A stretch of DNA of 64,000 nt from an uncultured virus (IMG/VR IMGVR_UViG_3300031746_000009) (Duplodnaviria > Heunggongvirae > Uroviricota > Caudoviricetes), in IMG/VR virus record IMGVR_UViG_3300031746_000009; one strand, written 5' to 3'. Under the pieces are notes generated by a model. The model was not told the origin of the DNA. It searched no databases and saw nothing but the letters and a program-made list of their open reading frames with translations. The position numbers and the translations under genes are program-made. Positions within the stretch are counted from its first letter, which is position 1, and the number at the start of each line of letters is the position of its first letter. Of this stretch, positions 56,188 to 64,000 are shown piece after piece.

Positions 56188-56499
56188 CTAATTCATTATC
56201 ATGAAGACGGGGTGGTTTCTGTTGAGGTTAAGCATCACAAGCCCGTCTGGGGTCACGTAGACTCCGTTGAGGTTTAGGAATATTTGTCCGTCAAGGGTTA
56301 CTGCCAAAGTTTTCTCGTCAAACAACACTTGTCCGTCTGTTGTTATGAACAGGTTTTTGGCGTACCCTATCATTCCGCCAAGAAATGCGGGTGCTGTGAC
56401 TGCGGGCGCAGGTGTTCCGTATTCGGGCCAGTAGTCTTCCTGCCAATAGTTGCTAGGCCAATAAGTGGTTTGCCAATACCCTGCCTTCAGCAACGCCAT
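56188..56499 (-). CDS. small protein with YWxxx repeats
   Basis: YWQTTYWPSNYWQEDYWPEY; three T.DG repeats. Confidence 0.6.
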   Translation of the reverse strand: MALLKAGYWQTTYWPSNYWQEDYWPEYGTPAPAVTAPAFLGGMIGYAKNLFITTDGQVLFDEKTLAVTLDGQIFLNLNGVYVTPDGLVMLNLNRNHPVFMIMN

Positions 56500-56512
56500 C
56501 CTAATCTGGCTC

Positions 56513-58099
56513 CTACGGGTCAGTGGCTATTGCTGTTCTGTTTCCGTTAGCATCCACGGTTGCTCTTATGCGGTCTGTGTTGTCGGCTTGGTTGCGGAAG
56601 CGGATGTCGTTTGTTCCTCCGCCCGACGATTTGCCCGCTAATGCTGCAAGCATGAGCCTTACTGATTGGCGAAGGGTGACTCCTGTTTCTGTGACTTCAT
56701 CATGGACTGCGTCTGCGATTGCTGCAAGAGTCAACAGGTCAGTTACCGCTTTTGCATTCACCACGTCTAGGTCAACAACGGCCACATCAGTTAGAAGGTC
56801 GTCGGTGTTGGTTTTGATTAAGTCAAGTATCAAGTCTAAACGTCCACCGTTAACCCAGTCCGTTTGAAGTTCATTGGTGTCTGCGAGGGTTGCGTCAATT
56901 AGAAGGTCTAAGCGTCCACCATCATGTAGATCAGTCTGCAACTCGTTGGTATCTGCCACTATCGCCATCGTGTCCGCCAAGATTGCAGATAGGTCGCCGT
57001 TCACGTCCGCTATTTCTGCGTTTCGAGTCTGGTAGATTGCGACGGTCGCTTCTTCCCATCCGAATTCGACTGTTAAGGATTCTTCGGTTGCGTCGTTTGC
57101 TACTTTGACGAAGCAGAAGAACTTTCCCGCTGCGTCTCTTTCAAGTGCTCGCCAACCGTCTGCCGCTGGAAAAGTTACGAGGTTGGTTGCGTTGTCTAAA
57201 GCGTTGGCTAAACCGTTTTCTTTGTAGAGGGTTGCGGTGATGAATGTGCCGTCGTCTTTGACTAGGCGGATTATGACTTCAGCGTTGTCGGGGTCTTCCA
57301 TGTTTCCGACTGTGTCGTAAAGGTTGCTGGATATTCTGTAAGCCTCATTTCCCGCGTCAGGCTTGCTCAAATATGCGGGTACGGCTGCGGTGAATCTTGT
57401 GTTGTTCTGTACTGCGGTGACTGCGGTGAGGACTGCTAGTAGGTCTGTGTCGTGGATGTTGTCTACGACTGTTTTCAACGCGGGCAAGTCGGTAGCATGT
57501 ACATCACCGATATTTGTGATTGCGGTTCCAACATCAGTGTGAATGTCCGCAACGTCAGTATGTAAGTCGGGCAAGTCAGTATCGTGGATATTATCCAGCA
57601 CCACGTCAATCTGGTCTTTCAACAGGTCGTTGACGCTTCCCGCCGTGTTCACCGCTGGAACCGCGTTGTCTAATCCTGCATCTACTGCTGTTTCCAAACT
57701 GGCTTTCATGGTTGCTCCGAAGTCTATGTTGTCTATGCTTGCCACGTTCACGTTCTGTGTTGCCGTGTCCAAGTCGAACGCATGCTGTGCTGAGGCGTGC
57801 CCGTAGGTTTCTATGACCAGGCATCGGTCAAGCCATATCTTCGGGCTGGTTTGGTCTATAATGTATAGGACGACTCTTGCAGCCGTCATCTCCGTTGCGG
57901 TGAGCACGAGTGAGTAGCCTGTGCCCTCATCCGTGAAGCTGTTGGTTGTGTTGGCTTCCGCGCCTTCATCCTTCATTATTTTGACGTCGCCTGCGGCGTA
58001 TGCGGCTGTGGCAACTAAGTCTGTGCCGTCGAGCTCGTAGAGGCAGAAGTCTAAGGTTGCGGCTTCCGCGTACTTGCGCTGGTATATGGCTCCCATCAA
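56513..58099 (-). CDS. fibre-like virion protein with acidic coiled-coil repeats
   Basis: DNIHDTDL and ADTNELQTD..GGRLDL repeats; C-terminal DANGNRT. Confidence 0.7.
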   Translation of the reverse strand: MMGAIYQRKYAEAATLDFCLYELDGTDLVATAAYAAGDVKIMKDEGAEANTTNSFTDEGTGYSLVLTATEMTAARVVLYIIDQTSPKIWLDRCLVIETYGHASAQHAFDLDTATQNVNVASIDNIDFGATMKASLETAVDAGLDNAVPAVNTAGSVNDLLKDQIDVVLDNIHDTDLPDLHTDVADIHTDVGTAITNIGDVHATDLPALKTVVDNIHDTDLLAVLTAVTAVQNNTRFTAAVPAYLSKPDAGNEAYRISSNLYDTVGNMEDPDNAEVIIRLVKDDGTFITATLYKENGLANALDNATNLVTFPAADGWRALERDAAGKFFCFVKVANDATEESLTVEFGWEEATVAIYQTRNAEIADVNGDLSAILADTMAIVADTNELQTDLHDGGRLDLLIDATLADTNELQTDWVNGGRLDLILDLIKTNTDDLLTDVAVVDLDVVNAKAVTDLLTLAAIADAVHDEVTETGVTLRQSVRLMLAALAGKSSGGGTNDIRFRNQADNTDRIRATVDANGNRTAIATDP

Positions 58100-58656
58100 T
58101 AATCATACTCTTCAATCAAGGTTTTCGTTTGCTGTGTAGAAGCAACCGTATAAGTGATTTTGAGTCTAGCCCTTCTGACCCTGATTGCGCCGCTTGAGGG
58201 TCTGTGGCTTGTGCATCTTAACGTGCAACTGTTGATGTTTGCGAGAGACGCGAAAAACGCTGTAACATCTACCGCCACATACATCCAAGTGTCTGAATCG
58301 TCAATCGGACAATTCAGTTTTTCAGTGAAGTTGACGCCGTCCAAAGAAAGTGCACAATGAACATAAGTGCCTAATACGCCTGAACGGGATTCTACTTCTA
58401 ACTCGATTTGGGTTATGGTTGCAAAATCGGTTATTGCGGTGTTTGCGAAATCGTAGTTGCGGTCTATTTGGTCGGTTACTTGTGAGCTGATATAGTTTGC
58501 GTCAGAGTCATTCAGATAAGGAGTTAAACCTGTCGGTGTCCAAGTTTGTACGTCTGCTGTGAAGTTGTTGACATAGAGATATTCGGTTGCCACGGTTAGC
58601 CTTCCATCCTCTGTTATCTTCTCATAATCTTGCTTATGGAACCGTCTGGGTTCCAA
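58096..58656 (-). CDS. beta-rich minor structural protein
   Basis: Coupled in structural operon. Confidence 0.6.
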   Translation of the reverse strand: MEPRRFHKQDYEKITEDGRLTVATEYLYVNNFTADVQTWTPTGLTPYLNDSDANYISSQVTDQIDRNYDFANTAITDFATITQIELEVESRSGVLGTYVHCALSLDGVNFTEKLNCPIDDSDTWMYVAVDVTAFFASLANINSCTLRCTSHRPSSGAIRVRRARLKITYTVASTQQTKTLIEEYDY

Positions 58657-58898
58657 GCGAAATCCAGTTCATACAGAACTTCACCGTTCTTATATGCTAC
58701 TAGACGGTTTAATGTGCCGTCTGAATTCCAGTCCACATCTAAATCGTCCCACTTGTCACTGTTCTGTTGATTCAACTTCTTTTCACGGTACTGCTTCAAA
58801 ATCTTGGTCGAATCAACTTCTGGTTCTTCCTCTACCTCGGAGATACCTTTGAGTCTAAGCAGTTTAGACGCTTGTTCAGACATAACCTTTTTCACCAA
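58614..58898 (-). CDS. hypothetical protein
   Basis: Two WNxDG motifs. Confidence 0.6.
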   Translation of the reverse strand: MVKKVMSEQASKLLRLKGISEVEEEPEVDSTKILKQYREKKLNQQNSDKWDDLDVDWNSDGTLNRLVAYKNGEVLYELDFAWNPDGSISKIMRR

Positions 58899-59254
58899 AT
58901 GGGATAGTTAGCGAAGAACTCGCAGAACTCCATCAGCGGCTTCTCTGTCCTGCGGAACCTGTTCATAATCTTGTCTAACGCGACTATTATGGCGCAACGC
59001 AACATTGCGAAGTGGCCGCGTGGATCAATTTCGATGGTGTGCCACATGGTCACGTATGATTGTGGATGGTTTTGCTTGTCTAGGAAGGCGAAATGCTCGA
59101 CTTTCCACAGGTTAGTGTAGTTGATCCAGTAGGGCGGGCGAGTCCATTTGCCGAGGTGTCTGCGGCGTGGGCGACAGTAGAGGCATGTGAAGTGAAACCG
59201 TTTCAATTCGGGGTGGGGGCACAGTTTTCCCGCGCACCAGAGTCTAGTCAACAT
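58892..59254 (-). CDS. hypothetical Cys/His protein
   Basis: Fills operon. Confidence 0.5.
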   Translation of the reverse strand: MLTRLWCAGKLCPHPELKRFHFTCLYCRPRRRHLGKWTRPPYWINYTNLWKVEHFAFLDKQNHPQSYVTMWHTIEIDPRGHFAMLRCAIIVALDKIMNRFRRTEKPLMEFCEFFANYPIW

Positions 59255-59471
59255 GTGGTTTTATCTCTTTAGGCTTCGGTTTAACCATTTCTGGTGTTGT
59301 GACGGTGCTTTTGTTTCCAAAAGTTGCTACTTGCGCGTCTCCGGATGTTGGTTCAAATAAAGGTAATGTGTCAGTCATTCTAATGACTGTTTTCGGCTCT
59401 TCAATCTTCACCATGCGGCAAGGGTCAAAGTCTTCTGAATCAACGTCTGTAACGTGGCCTGCAACATACAC
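59244..59471 (-). CDS. hypothetical protein following MCP
   Basis: In operon; true start uncertain. Confidence 0.5.
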   Translation of the reverse strand: MYVAGHVTDVDSEDFDPCRMVKIEEPKTVIRMTDTLPLFEPTSGDAQVATFGNKSTVTTPEMVKPKPKEIKPHVD

Positions 59472-59540
59472 TCTTTGCTTGTACCTGAATATTGGCGTGG
59501 TTATTTTGACTTTAACAGCGGTTCACCTCCATCGATTATT

Positions 59541-59567
59541 TAAAAAGAAAAAGGGGAAAAAGAAGAA
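59541..59567 (-). terminator. oligo-T archaeal terminator after MCP
   Basis: Minus strand TTCTTTTTCCCCTTTTTCTTTTT just after the stop. Confidence 0.6.
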
Positions 59568-59579
59568 TGATATGTTTGC

Positions 59580-60494
59580 TTATGCTAGGCAGGTTGTGAA
59601 TTCCCAGATTGCGTTTGGCCTTTTAATGACGGGTACGACGGCTTCCCACACTTTTCCTTGATAGTTCATTGTTGGCAGTTGAGCCAAATAGTTGGTTATG
59701 TCTGCGCCTATGAGTAGTTCAAAGTTGCCGGGTGTAGTGTCAACGAGTAATGCAGAGTCTAATATGCCTGTTGCGCTGTAGCAACTGTCGCTGACTATGA
59801 TGTTCTGTTGTCCGCCAAGCAGTTCGCCTAAAGCTTCAAAACCCCATTTCTCTGAGGGTGTTGGCAATAGTTGTTCGAAGCATGGTCCGTAGACTGCGGA
59901 GGGCATGATGGTCTTGTATGGTCCCATGTGGCCTAATGCTCGTAAGCCTGCTTTTCCTGTGGCAATATCCGCTAACGCGGCTATTGGGCCTGCGCCTGCG
60001 GCTGCGTCCCAGTTGGCGCCGTTAGTCGTGTTGGCTGCTGCGCGTCCTGATCGTAGGCCTGCGAGTCCCATTGCTGGCCAAGTGGTGTCTTCGCCTGAAA
60101 TAATCAGACGGTCTTCTTCTTCTGCTACTTGTCGGGCTGCGTTTGTAGCATGTTGAGTGTTCAAGTCTTCGCCTGAGTCTCTGCGTTTTAGTACGTCTCT
60201 CCAGTGTAGGTTGTAGTCTTTGCTTATGATTGGAATATGCACATGAGATTCAGTCAGGTCCACTAGGTCCATTGACTGTTCTTCGCCTGTCATGCTGATG
60301 GTTGCTTGTCCCATGTCGTTTTCAGTGTAGTACGTGTACTGTGTGAAGCCTGCGCTTGCCAGCGACTTTGTGGGCATGAGTGTTCTACCTACGAGTAACG
60401 GGCGAACGGTTTTGACTATGCTTGTTTCGATAAGGTTGATTTCGTAGTCTGTGAGTGTGCCTGTTGCGAGTCCAATTCGTTTCATAGTGTTCAT
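59580..60494 (-). CDS. major capsid protein, HK97 fold (encapsulin/linocin-M18-like)
   Basis: LVGRTLMP, IPIISKDY.L.WRD, AARQVAEEEDRLIISG, PVIKRPNAI. Confidence 0.85.
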   Translation of the reverse strand: MNTMKRIGLATGTLTDYEINLIETSIVKTVRPLLVGRTLMPTKSLASAGFTQYTYYTENDMGQATISMTGEEQSMDLVDLTESHVHIPIISKDYNLHWRDVLKRRDSGEDLNTQHATNAARQVAEEEDRLIISGEDTTWPAMGLAGLRSGRAAANTTNGANWDAAAGAGPIAALADIATGKAGLRALGHMGPYKTIMPSAVYGPCFEQLLPTPSEKWGFEALGELLGGQQNIIVSDSCYSATGILDSALLVDTTPGNFELLIGADITNYLAQLPTMNYQGKVWEAVVPVIKRPNAIWEFTTCLA

Positions 60495-60504
60495 GTCAAG
60501 TCAC

Positions 60505-60984
60505 CTAAATGATGAGTTTGACGAGGACCCAGTCGCAGCATGCAGAAATGTCAGTGGTCTTGTTTTCTAAGCTGTAGCCTATACATTGTCCTGCGGTTGC
60601 TCCAGCCTTAACCATGCCTGCGGCGGCAGAGACCAGTTTTGTTCCTACGGCGATTGTTTCGCCGCTTTTAGCGACAAGTTTAACGACTATGTCGCCTCTG
60701 AGGACGCGTATCTGGTCGGCTGCGGTGAATGTTTTGGTTAATGCTCCTCCTGCGGTTGGCACGTAGTACGCGGTGAGTTTCTGGTCGCTTGGAACGTCTG
60801 CGACGCCCAACACGATGGCTGAAGCGTCTCCTGCAACTTGGGCTTGATATTCTGCTGTGTTAGCAATCACAAGTCTGCCGGGGCCGAATGTGGTGACTGT
60901 TTCAACTTCCATCTCTTGGATTTCGGGTTCGCCAGCATAAAGTATGGCGTTTTTCGCCATTTCATGGTTTAATCCTTGTGGCAT
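60505..60984 (-). CDS. capsid decoration/cement protein
   Basis: Ala/Gly/Val-rich; IAVGTKLVSAAAG...IGYSLE; directly upstream of MCP. Confidence 0.7.
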   Translation of the reverse strand: MPQGLNHEMAKNAILYAGEPEIQEMEVETVTTFGPGRLVIANTAEYQAQVAGDASAIVLGVADVPSDQKLTAYYVPTAGGALTKTFTAADQIRVLRGDIVVKLVAKSGETIAVGTKLVSAAAGMVKAGATAGQCIGYSLENKTTDISACCDWVLVKLII

Positions 60985-61394
60985 TAGAAGTTGCCCCCTT
61001 CAGCGAGGATTTGCTCACGCGTTTTCCCATACAAGTCGCCGACTGTGGTTCTGCCAGCTTGACTGTCGCTTCCCGTGCGGATAGGCTTATAGGATGCGGT
61101 GTCTCCGCCTCTTGTTCTGCTCAATGTAGCGTCTATCTGCTGAAGCTGCTCAACCTTCATGGGTTCCAAGTCAGTGTCTTTGAAGTCGCTTTTGCTCATA
61201 ATCTTTATTTTCAAGTCTGCTTTCAAGTCGGTTTCGATGACGCTTGCAAGTTGGATGTTCTGTGCTTTGAGGGCTGTGTTTTCGTCTGCGAGTTCCGTGT
61301 TTATCTTGGCTAATCTAGCGTTGTCCAATGTTATTGAGGCTAGTTGCACTTGAACTGTTGAATCTAAAGCCGTTTCTTTCTGTTTATCAGTCAT
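60984..61394 (-). CDS. scaffolding protein
   Basis: Coiled coil; position between protease and MCP. Confidence 0.6.
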   Translation of the reverse strand: MTDKQKETALDSTVQVQLASITLDNARLAKINTELADENTALKAQNIQLASVIETDLKADLKIKIMSKSDFKDTDLEPMKVEQLQQIDATLSRTRGGDTASYKPIRTGSDSQAGRTTVGDLYGKTREQILAEGGNF

Positions 61395-61537
61395 AAATTG
61401 TTTTCTCCTCGTTTTGTTATGTTGCAGATTTCTTTAGCCACGCCTGCGTTGGGCGTGAACAACCCATTTGAGAAACCCAGCTTGTTGTCCACTGAGGAGA
61501 GCTTGCTCCCTGTCTCTCTGAAGGGGTCTAGCTATGA

Positions 61538-61732
61538 CTATGCGTTCTTCCACACTATGACGGCGACCGCGTTTGGAATTCCGTTAAGCCAACCGAACCA
61601 AACAACGTTGACCGATGTTACAGATGTGGCCGCTGCACACACGTCGTTGATTGCTTTAGCTAATGATCCAGCGGTTGTATCGATGTCTCCTGTAGCGCAG
61701 GTTCCCGTTACGGTGCTTGTTTTAAAAGCCAT
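61538..61732 (-). CDS. small hypothetical protein
   Basis: GAGGTGA SD. Confidence 0.55.
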   Translation of the reverse strand: MAFKTSTVTGTCATGDIDTTAGSLAKAINDVCAAATSVTSVNVVWFGWLNGIPNAVAVIVWKNA

Positions 61733-61749
61733 TTGTCATTCACCTCACC

Positions 61750-62856
61750 TTACAGTGGGTGTCTTCGGTCTGCCCTGTTCTTTTCAATGACGCTTTGCTC
61801 CCGCATCTTCAAGAGTTCTTTGCTTCTGTCTATGAGTTGTTCAACGGTCTGTTCCGGTTCAGGAGCTGATGGCGGTATTGTGGGTGGTGGTGTTATAGGT
61901 GGAACTGGTATTGTTGGCGTTTCTACTGGTTTAGCGGGTAATGCCGGACTTGCAGGCGGTGTAATCGTTGGTGCTGGCGGAAGCTCTTTTGTTCCCACAT
62001 ACGCATCCCAATAGTCTTTAGCCTGTTGCTCAGTGTAACCTTCAATCTTACGTTGCTTCACAAACTCTAGGAACTCTTCGGGTTTTGTTTCACTCAATCC
62101 TTTCTTACCTCCTACAACTTTCTTTTCTTGAACTGTCACCCCTGACGCGGCAGCGATAAACCGTCTCACATTTTTTTCGCTTCCAATCCCACAATTTGGA
62201 AAAGTACAACGTCCACGCCAGACCCCGGCAGCTACGTGGTCAATCAACATGTCCCGCATAACCAAATCATAAGGAATTCCATGCCAAACGCCGGGAGTTG
62301 GGTCGGTTGCGTAGTAGAAGCCTATGCTCACGTCTTTGGGTGGTCCAGTCTTTGCGGCTGCTGCTCTGATTTCTTGGAGAAAGTCTTGCGGGCACTGTTC
62401 TTTGTCAAAGTTTAAGATGCCACGAATGCGGTCCCGGTCAAAGAAAGGTTTCTCAACTGTGCCGTACATGTCATGTTGGCTCACGATAACCTTTTCTGGG
62501 GGATGATCCTTAACGATGATTTTGGCTGCTCGCGCAGTACGTGTGGCATTCAGTAATTCCTGTCTGCTCCATAAACATTGTTTGTCTTCGCCTTTTGGTC
62601 CTGCGGGGAAGGTGTAGACACCTTCCTTGGCGATGACGGCTTGAACTTTGAGGCAGCAGTTACTGTCTTCAACGATTTGCATGGGTTCCGCAAAGACGGC
62701 TAATTGGACAGTTGCGGATGCTGGTGTAGAGTCTCCTTTGAATTTGCTGTGGCAGATGGCGGCACGTTGTTCGGAGTCATATTTCTGCATGTCTGGGTAT
62801 GCCATGCAACGTTGCATGAATTGTTCTTCTGTTTCTCCCTCATTAGGTTCGGGCAT
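61750..62856 (-). CDS. DUF2213-like prohead protease
   Basis: IAKEGVY, DHP, DVSIGF, DHVA...GRC; Pro-rich tail. Confidence 0.78.
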   Translation of the reverse strand: MPEPNEGETEEQFMQRCMAYPDMQKYDSEQRAAICHSKFKGDSTPASATVQLAVFAEPMQIVEDSNCCLKVQAVIAKEGVYTFPAGPKGEDKQCLWSRQELLNATRTARAAKIIVKDHPPEKVIVSQHDMYGTVEKPFFDRDRIRGILNFDKEQCPQDFLQEIRAAAAKTGPPKDVSIGFYYATDPTPGVWHGIPYDLVMRDMLIDHVAAGVWRGRCTFPNCGIGSEKNVRRFIAAASGVTVQEKKVVGGKKGLSETKPEEFLEFVKQRKIEGYTEQQAKDYWDAYVGTKELPPAPTITPPASPALPAKPVETPTIPVPPITPPPTIPPSAPEPEQTVEQLIDRSKELLKMREQSVIEKNRADRRHPL

Positions 62857-62904
62857 GTTTTTTCACCTTTATGTTGTTGTATCCGATTTTTGTCATGTTT
62901 TAAG

Positions 62905-63618
62905 TCACCATGACTTGGGAAACCTTGCGGAACATAGAGTCAACCGTTCCCTCCAAGGATGCAAGAGACGTTGCAGTTGACAGGTACGCACATAGTCTGC
63001 GCATCGGCATTGCGGCACATGTTTGAATGCAGCGTAAATGTAGCCGTAGACTGATAGGATGTGACGCCAACCCAACCTTGTCTTCGCCAACATGTGCAGT
63101 GGTTCGACGCCTAACTGATAATAGGCGATGCCCTGTTCAACCCAATACATGAGGCTGTGGGTTGCGCCGGGCTTTCTAAGCATGGCAGGGTCTACCTTGT
63201 AGTAGACGGCTTTGAGGCCGTGGCGTTGAAATTCGAAGTGGATTGCCGAGTCGTCGCTGTACGGGTCAAATTTGCCGTGCATGATTTTTTGGAAGCTGGA
63301 CACTTTGATTAGTTGCGCCAGTCCGAGGCCGCACACGTCGGGCTTGTCTTTGAGGTTGCCTTCTATGAAGTTTGGTGGAAGCCATGCGTCGCTGTCAACA
63401 CGCAAGATATAGTCAAAGTCATTGAGTCTAATGTGTTTTAGTCCGTTGTTCAATATTTTTGCTACGCGGGCAGGCCATGTGGATGCTTCCACTTTTTCTG
63501 TGAGCAAGACCATGAGTGATATGGGAACCGTTTGGCTTGCTAGGCAAGAAAATATTTGCGGTTGCAAGTCTGATGGTTGAATGAGCATGACGCAGAGGAT
63601 TCTTATTTTATGATCCAC
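62905..63618 (-). CDS. glycosyltransferase (GT-A, family 2-like)
   Basis: DYILRVDSD. Confidence 0.75.
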   Translation of the reverse strand: MDHKIRILCVMLIQPSDLQPQIFSCLASQTVPISLMVLLTEKVEASTWPARVAKILNNGLKHIRLNDFDYILRVDSDAWLPPNFIEGNLKDKPDVCGLGLAQLIKVSSFQKIMHGKFDPYSDDSAIHFEFQRHGLKAVYYKVDPAMLRKPGATHSLMYWVEQGIAYYQLGVEPLHMLAKTRLGWRHILSVYGYIYAAFKHVPQCRCADYVRTCQLQRLLHPWRERLTLCSARFPKSW

Positions 63619-63995
63619 CAGTCGGGGAACACGTTGTGAAACTCTAGTTCACTGTGTTGTTGCCTGAATTCGTCTACGGCTTGGCAGACTTCTAACACTT
63701 TGCGGTGAAGATAGTCGTGTCCTCCGATTACTCCGCCCTTTTTCAGTAGCGGATAATAGTTTTCTATGTCCTGTTTCACGTTGACGTAGTTGTGGTTTCC
63801 GTCTATGTATATGAAGTCTAAAGGTTCAGTTATGTCATCGTGGGCTTCGTTGGATGGTTTTCTGATAAATACTGTTTCGTTGAAGTTGCCCAGTTTGTCT
63901 TTAGCCGTTCTGTCTTTTCCCTGATAGTTTAATTGTCTTCCATGCTCCAAGTATGGAACGTAAGGGTCTATGAGGAACAGTTTCTTGACTGGCAA
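63603..63995 (-). CDS. class I SAM methyltransferase (Methyltransf_24-like), 5'-truncated
   Basis: DFIYIDGNH.Y..V..D...LKKGGVIGGHDY. Confidence 0.85.
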   Translation of the reverse strand: MPVKKLFLIDPYVPYLEHGRQLNYQGKDRTAKDKLGNFNETVFIRKPSNEAHDDITEPLDFIYIDGNHNYVNVKQDIENYYPLLKKGGVIGGHDYLHRKVLEVCQAVDEFRQQHSELEFHNVFPDWWIIK

Positions 63996-64000
63996 CTCTT

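Larger units (their letters stand above)
32058..64000. mobile_element. Unit B: right-truncated head-tail (HK97-fold) archaeal provirus
   Basis: Integrase, RHH regulators and early array on +, converging on a minus-strand protease-scaffold-decoration-MCP-adaptor-hub module. Terminase and portal not in window. Confidence 0.8.

Noticed and set aside
59580..60494. Cellular encapsulin nanocompartment
   Set aside because: Flanked by protease, scaffold, decoration, adaptor and hub-like genes, which is a viral context; no cargo enzyme.
50..62980. Many antisense or nested ORFs in the track (e.g. 6327..6971, 10395..10988, 14081..14635, 53697..54470)
   Set aside because: They are shadows of better-supported genes on the other strand or frame, with no motifs or initiation signals.

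Overview
Archaeal viral DNA, with no host housekeeping genes, rRNA, convincing tRNA or CRISPR array seen. Archaeal signs are TATA/BRE promoters, an archaeal pilin N-terminus and sequon-rich secreted proteins; Bathyarchaeia is my inference from the pilin motif only. The window reads as two adjacent (pro)viral units, or one composite element. Unit A (<1 to ~31.9 kb) has an early small-gene array, a glycan-tailoring cluster (GT2, GT4, SAM methylase, two radical SAM enzymes), a tyrosine recombinase/LAGLIDADG/P-loop ATPase module, and a membrane-protein-rich morphogenesis module with two-helix capsid-like proteins resembling those of spindle-shaped archaeal viruses. Unit B (~32 kb to >64 kb) has an integrase, paired RHH regulators, ParB-like proteins, four methyltransferases, a pilin, an early array, and an HK97-type head module with an apparently minimal tail. 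Main observations: (1) the two early arrays (1-4890 and 38555-43583) are co-linear and share near-identical gene-junction linkers while the genes between them are swapped; (2) both units carry the same secreted adhesin cassette in inverted orientation, with nucleotide-identical ends and unrelated middles; (3) a perfect 16-bp inverted repeat overlaps the starts of the divergent parB-like and integrase genes, a candidate invertible promoter; (4) a 17-bp quasi-palindrome recurs five times, mostly at module boundaries. All family calls come from motif recognition by eye, with no database searches, and a chimeric assembly cannot be excluded.
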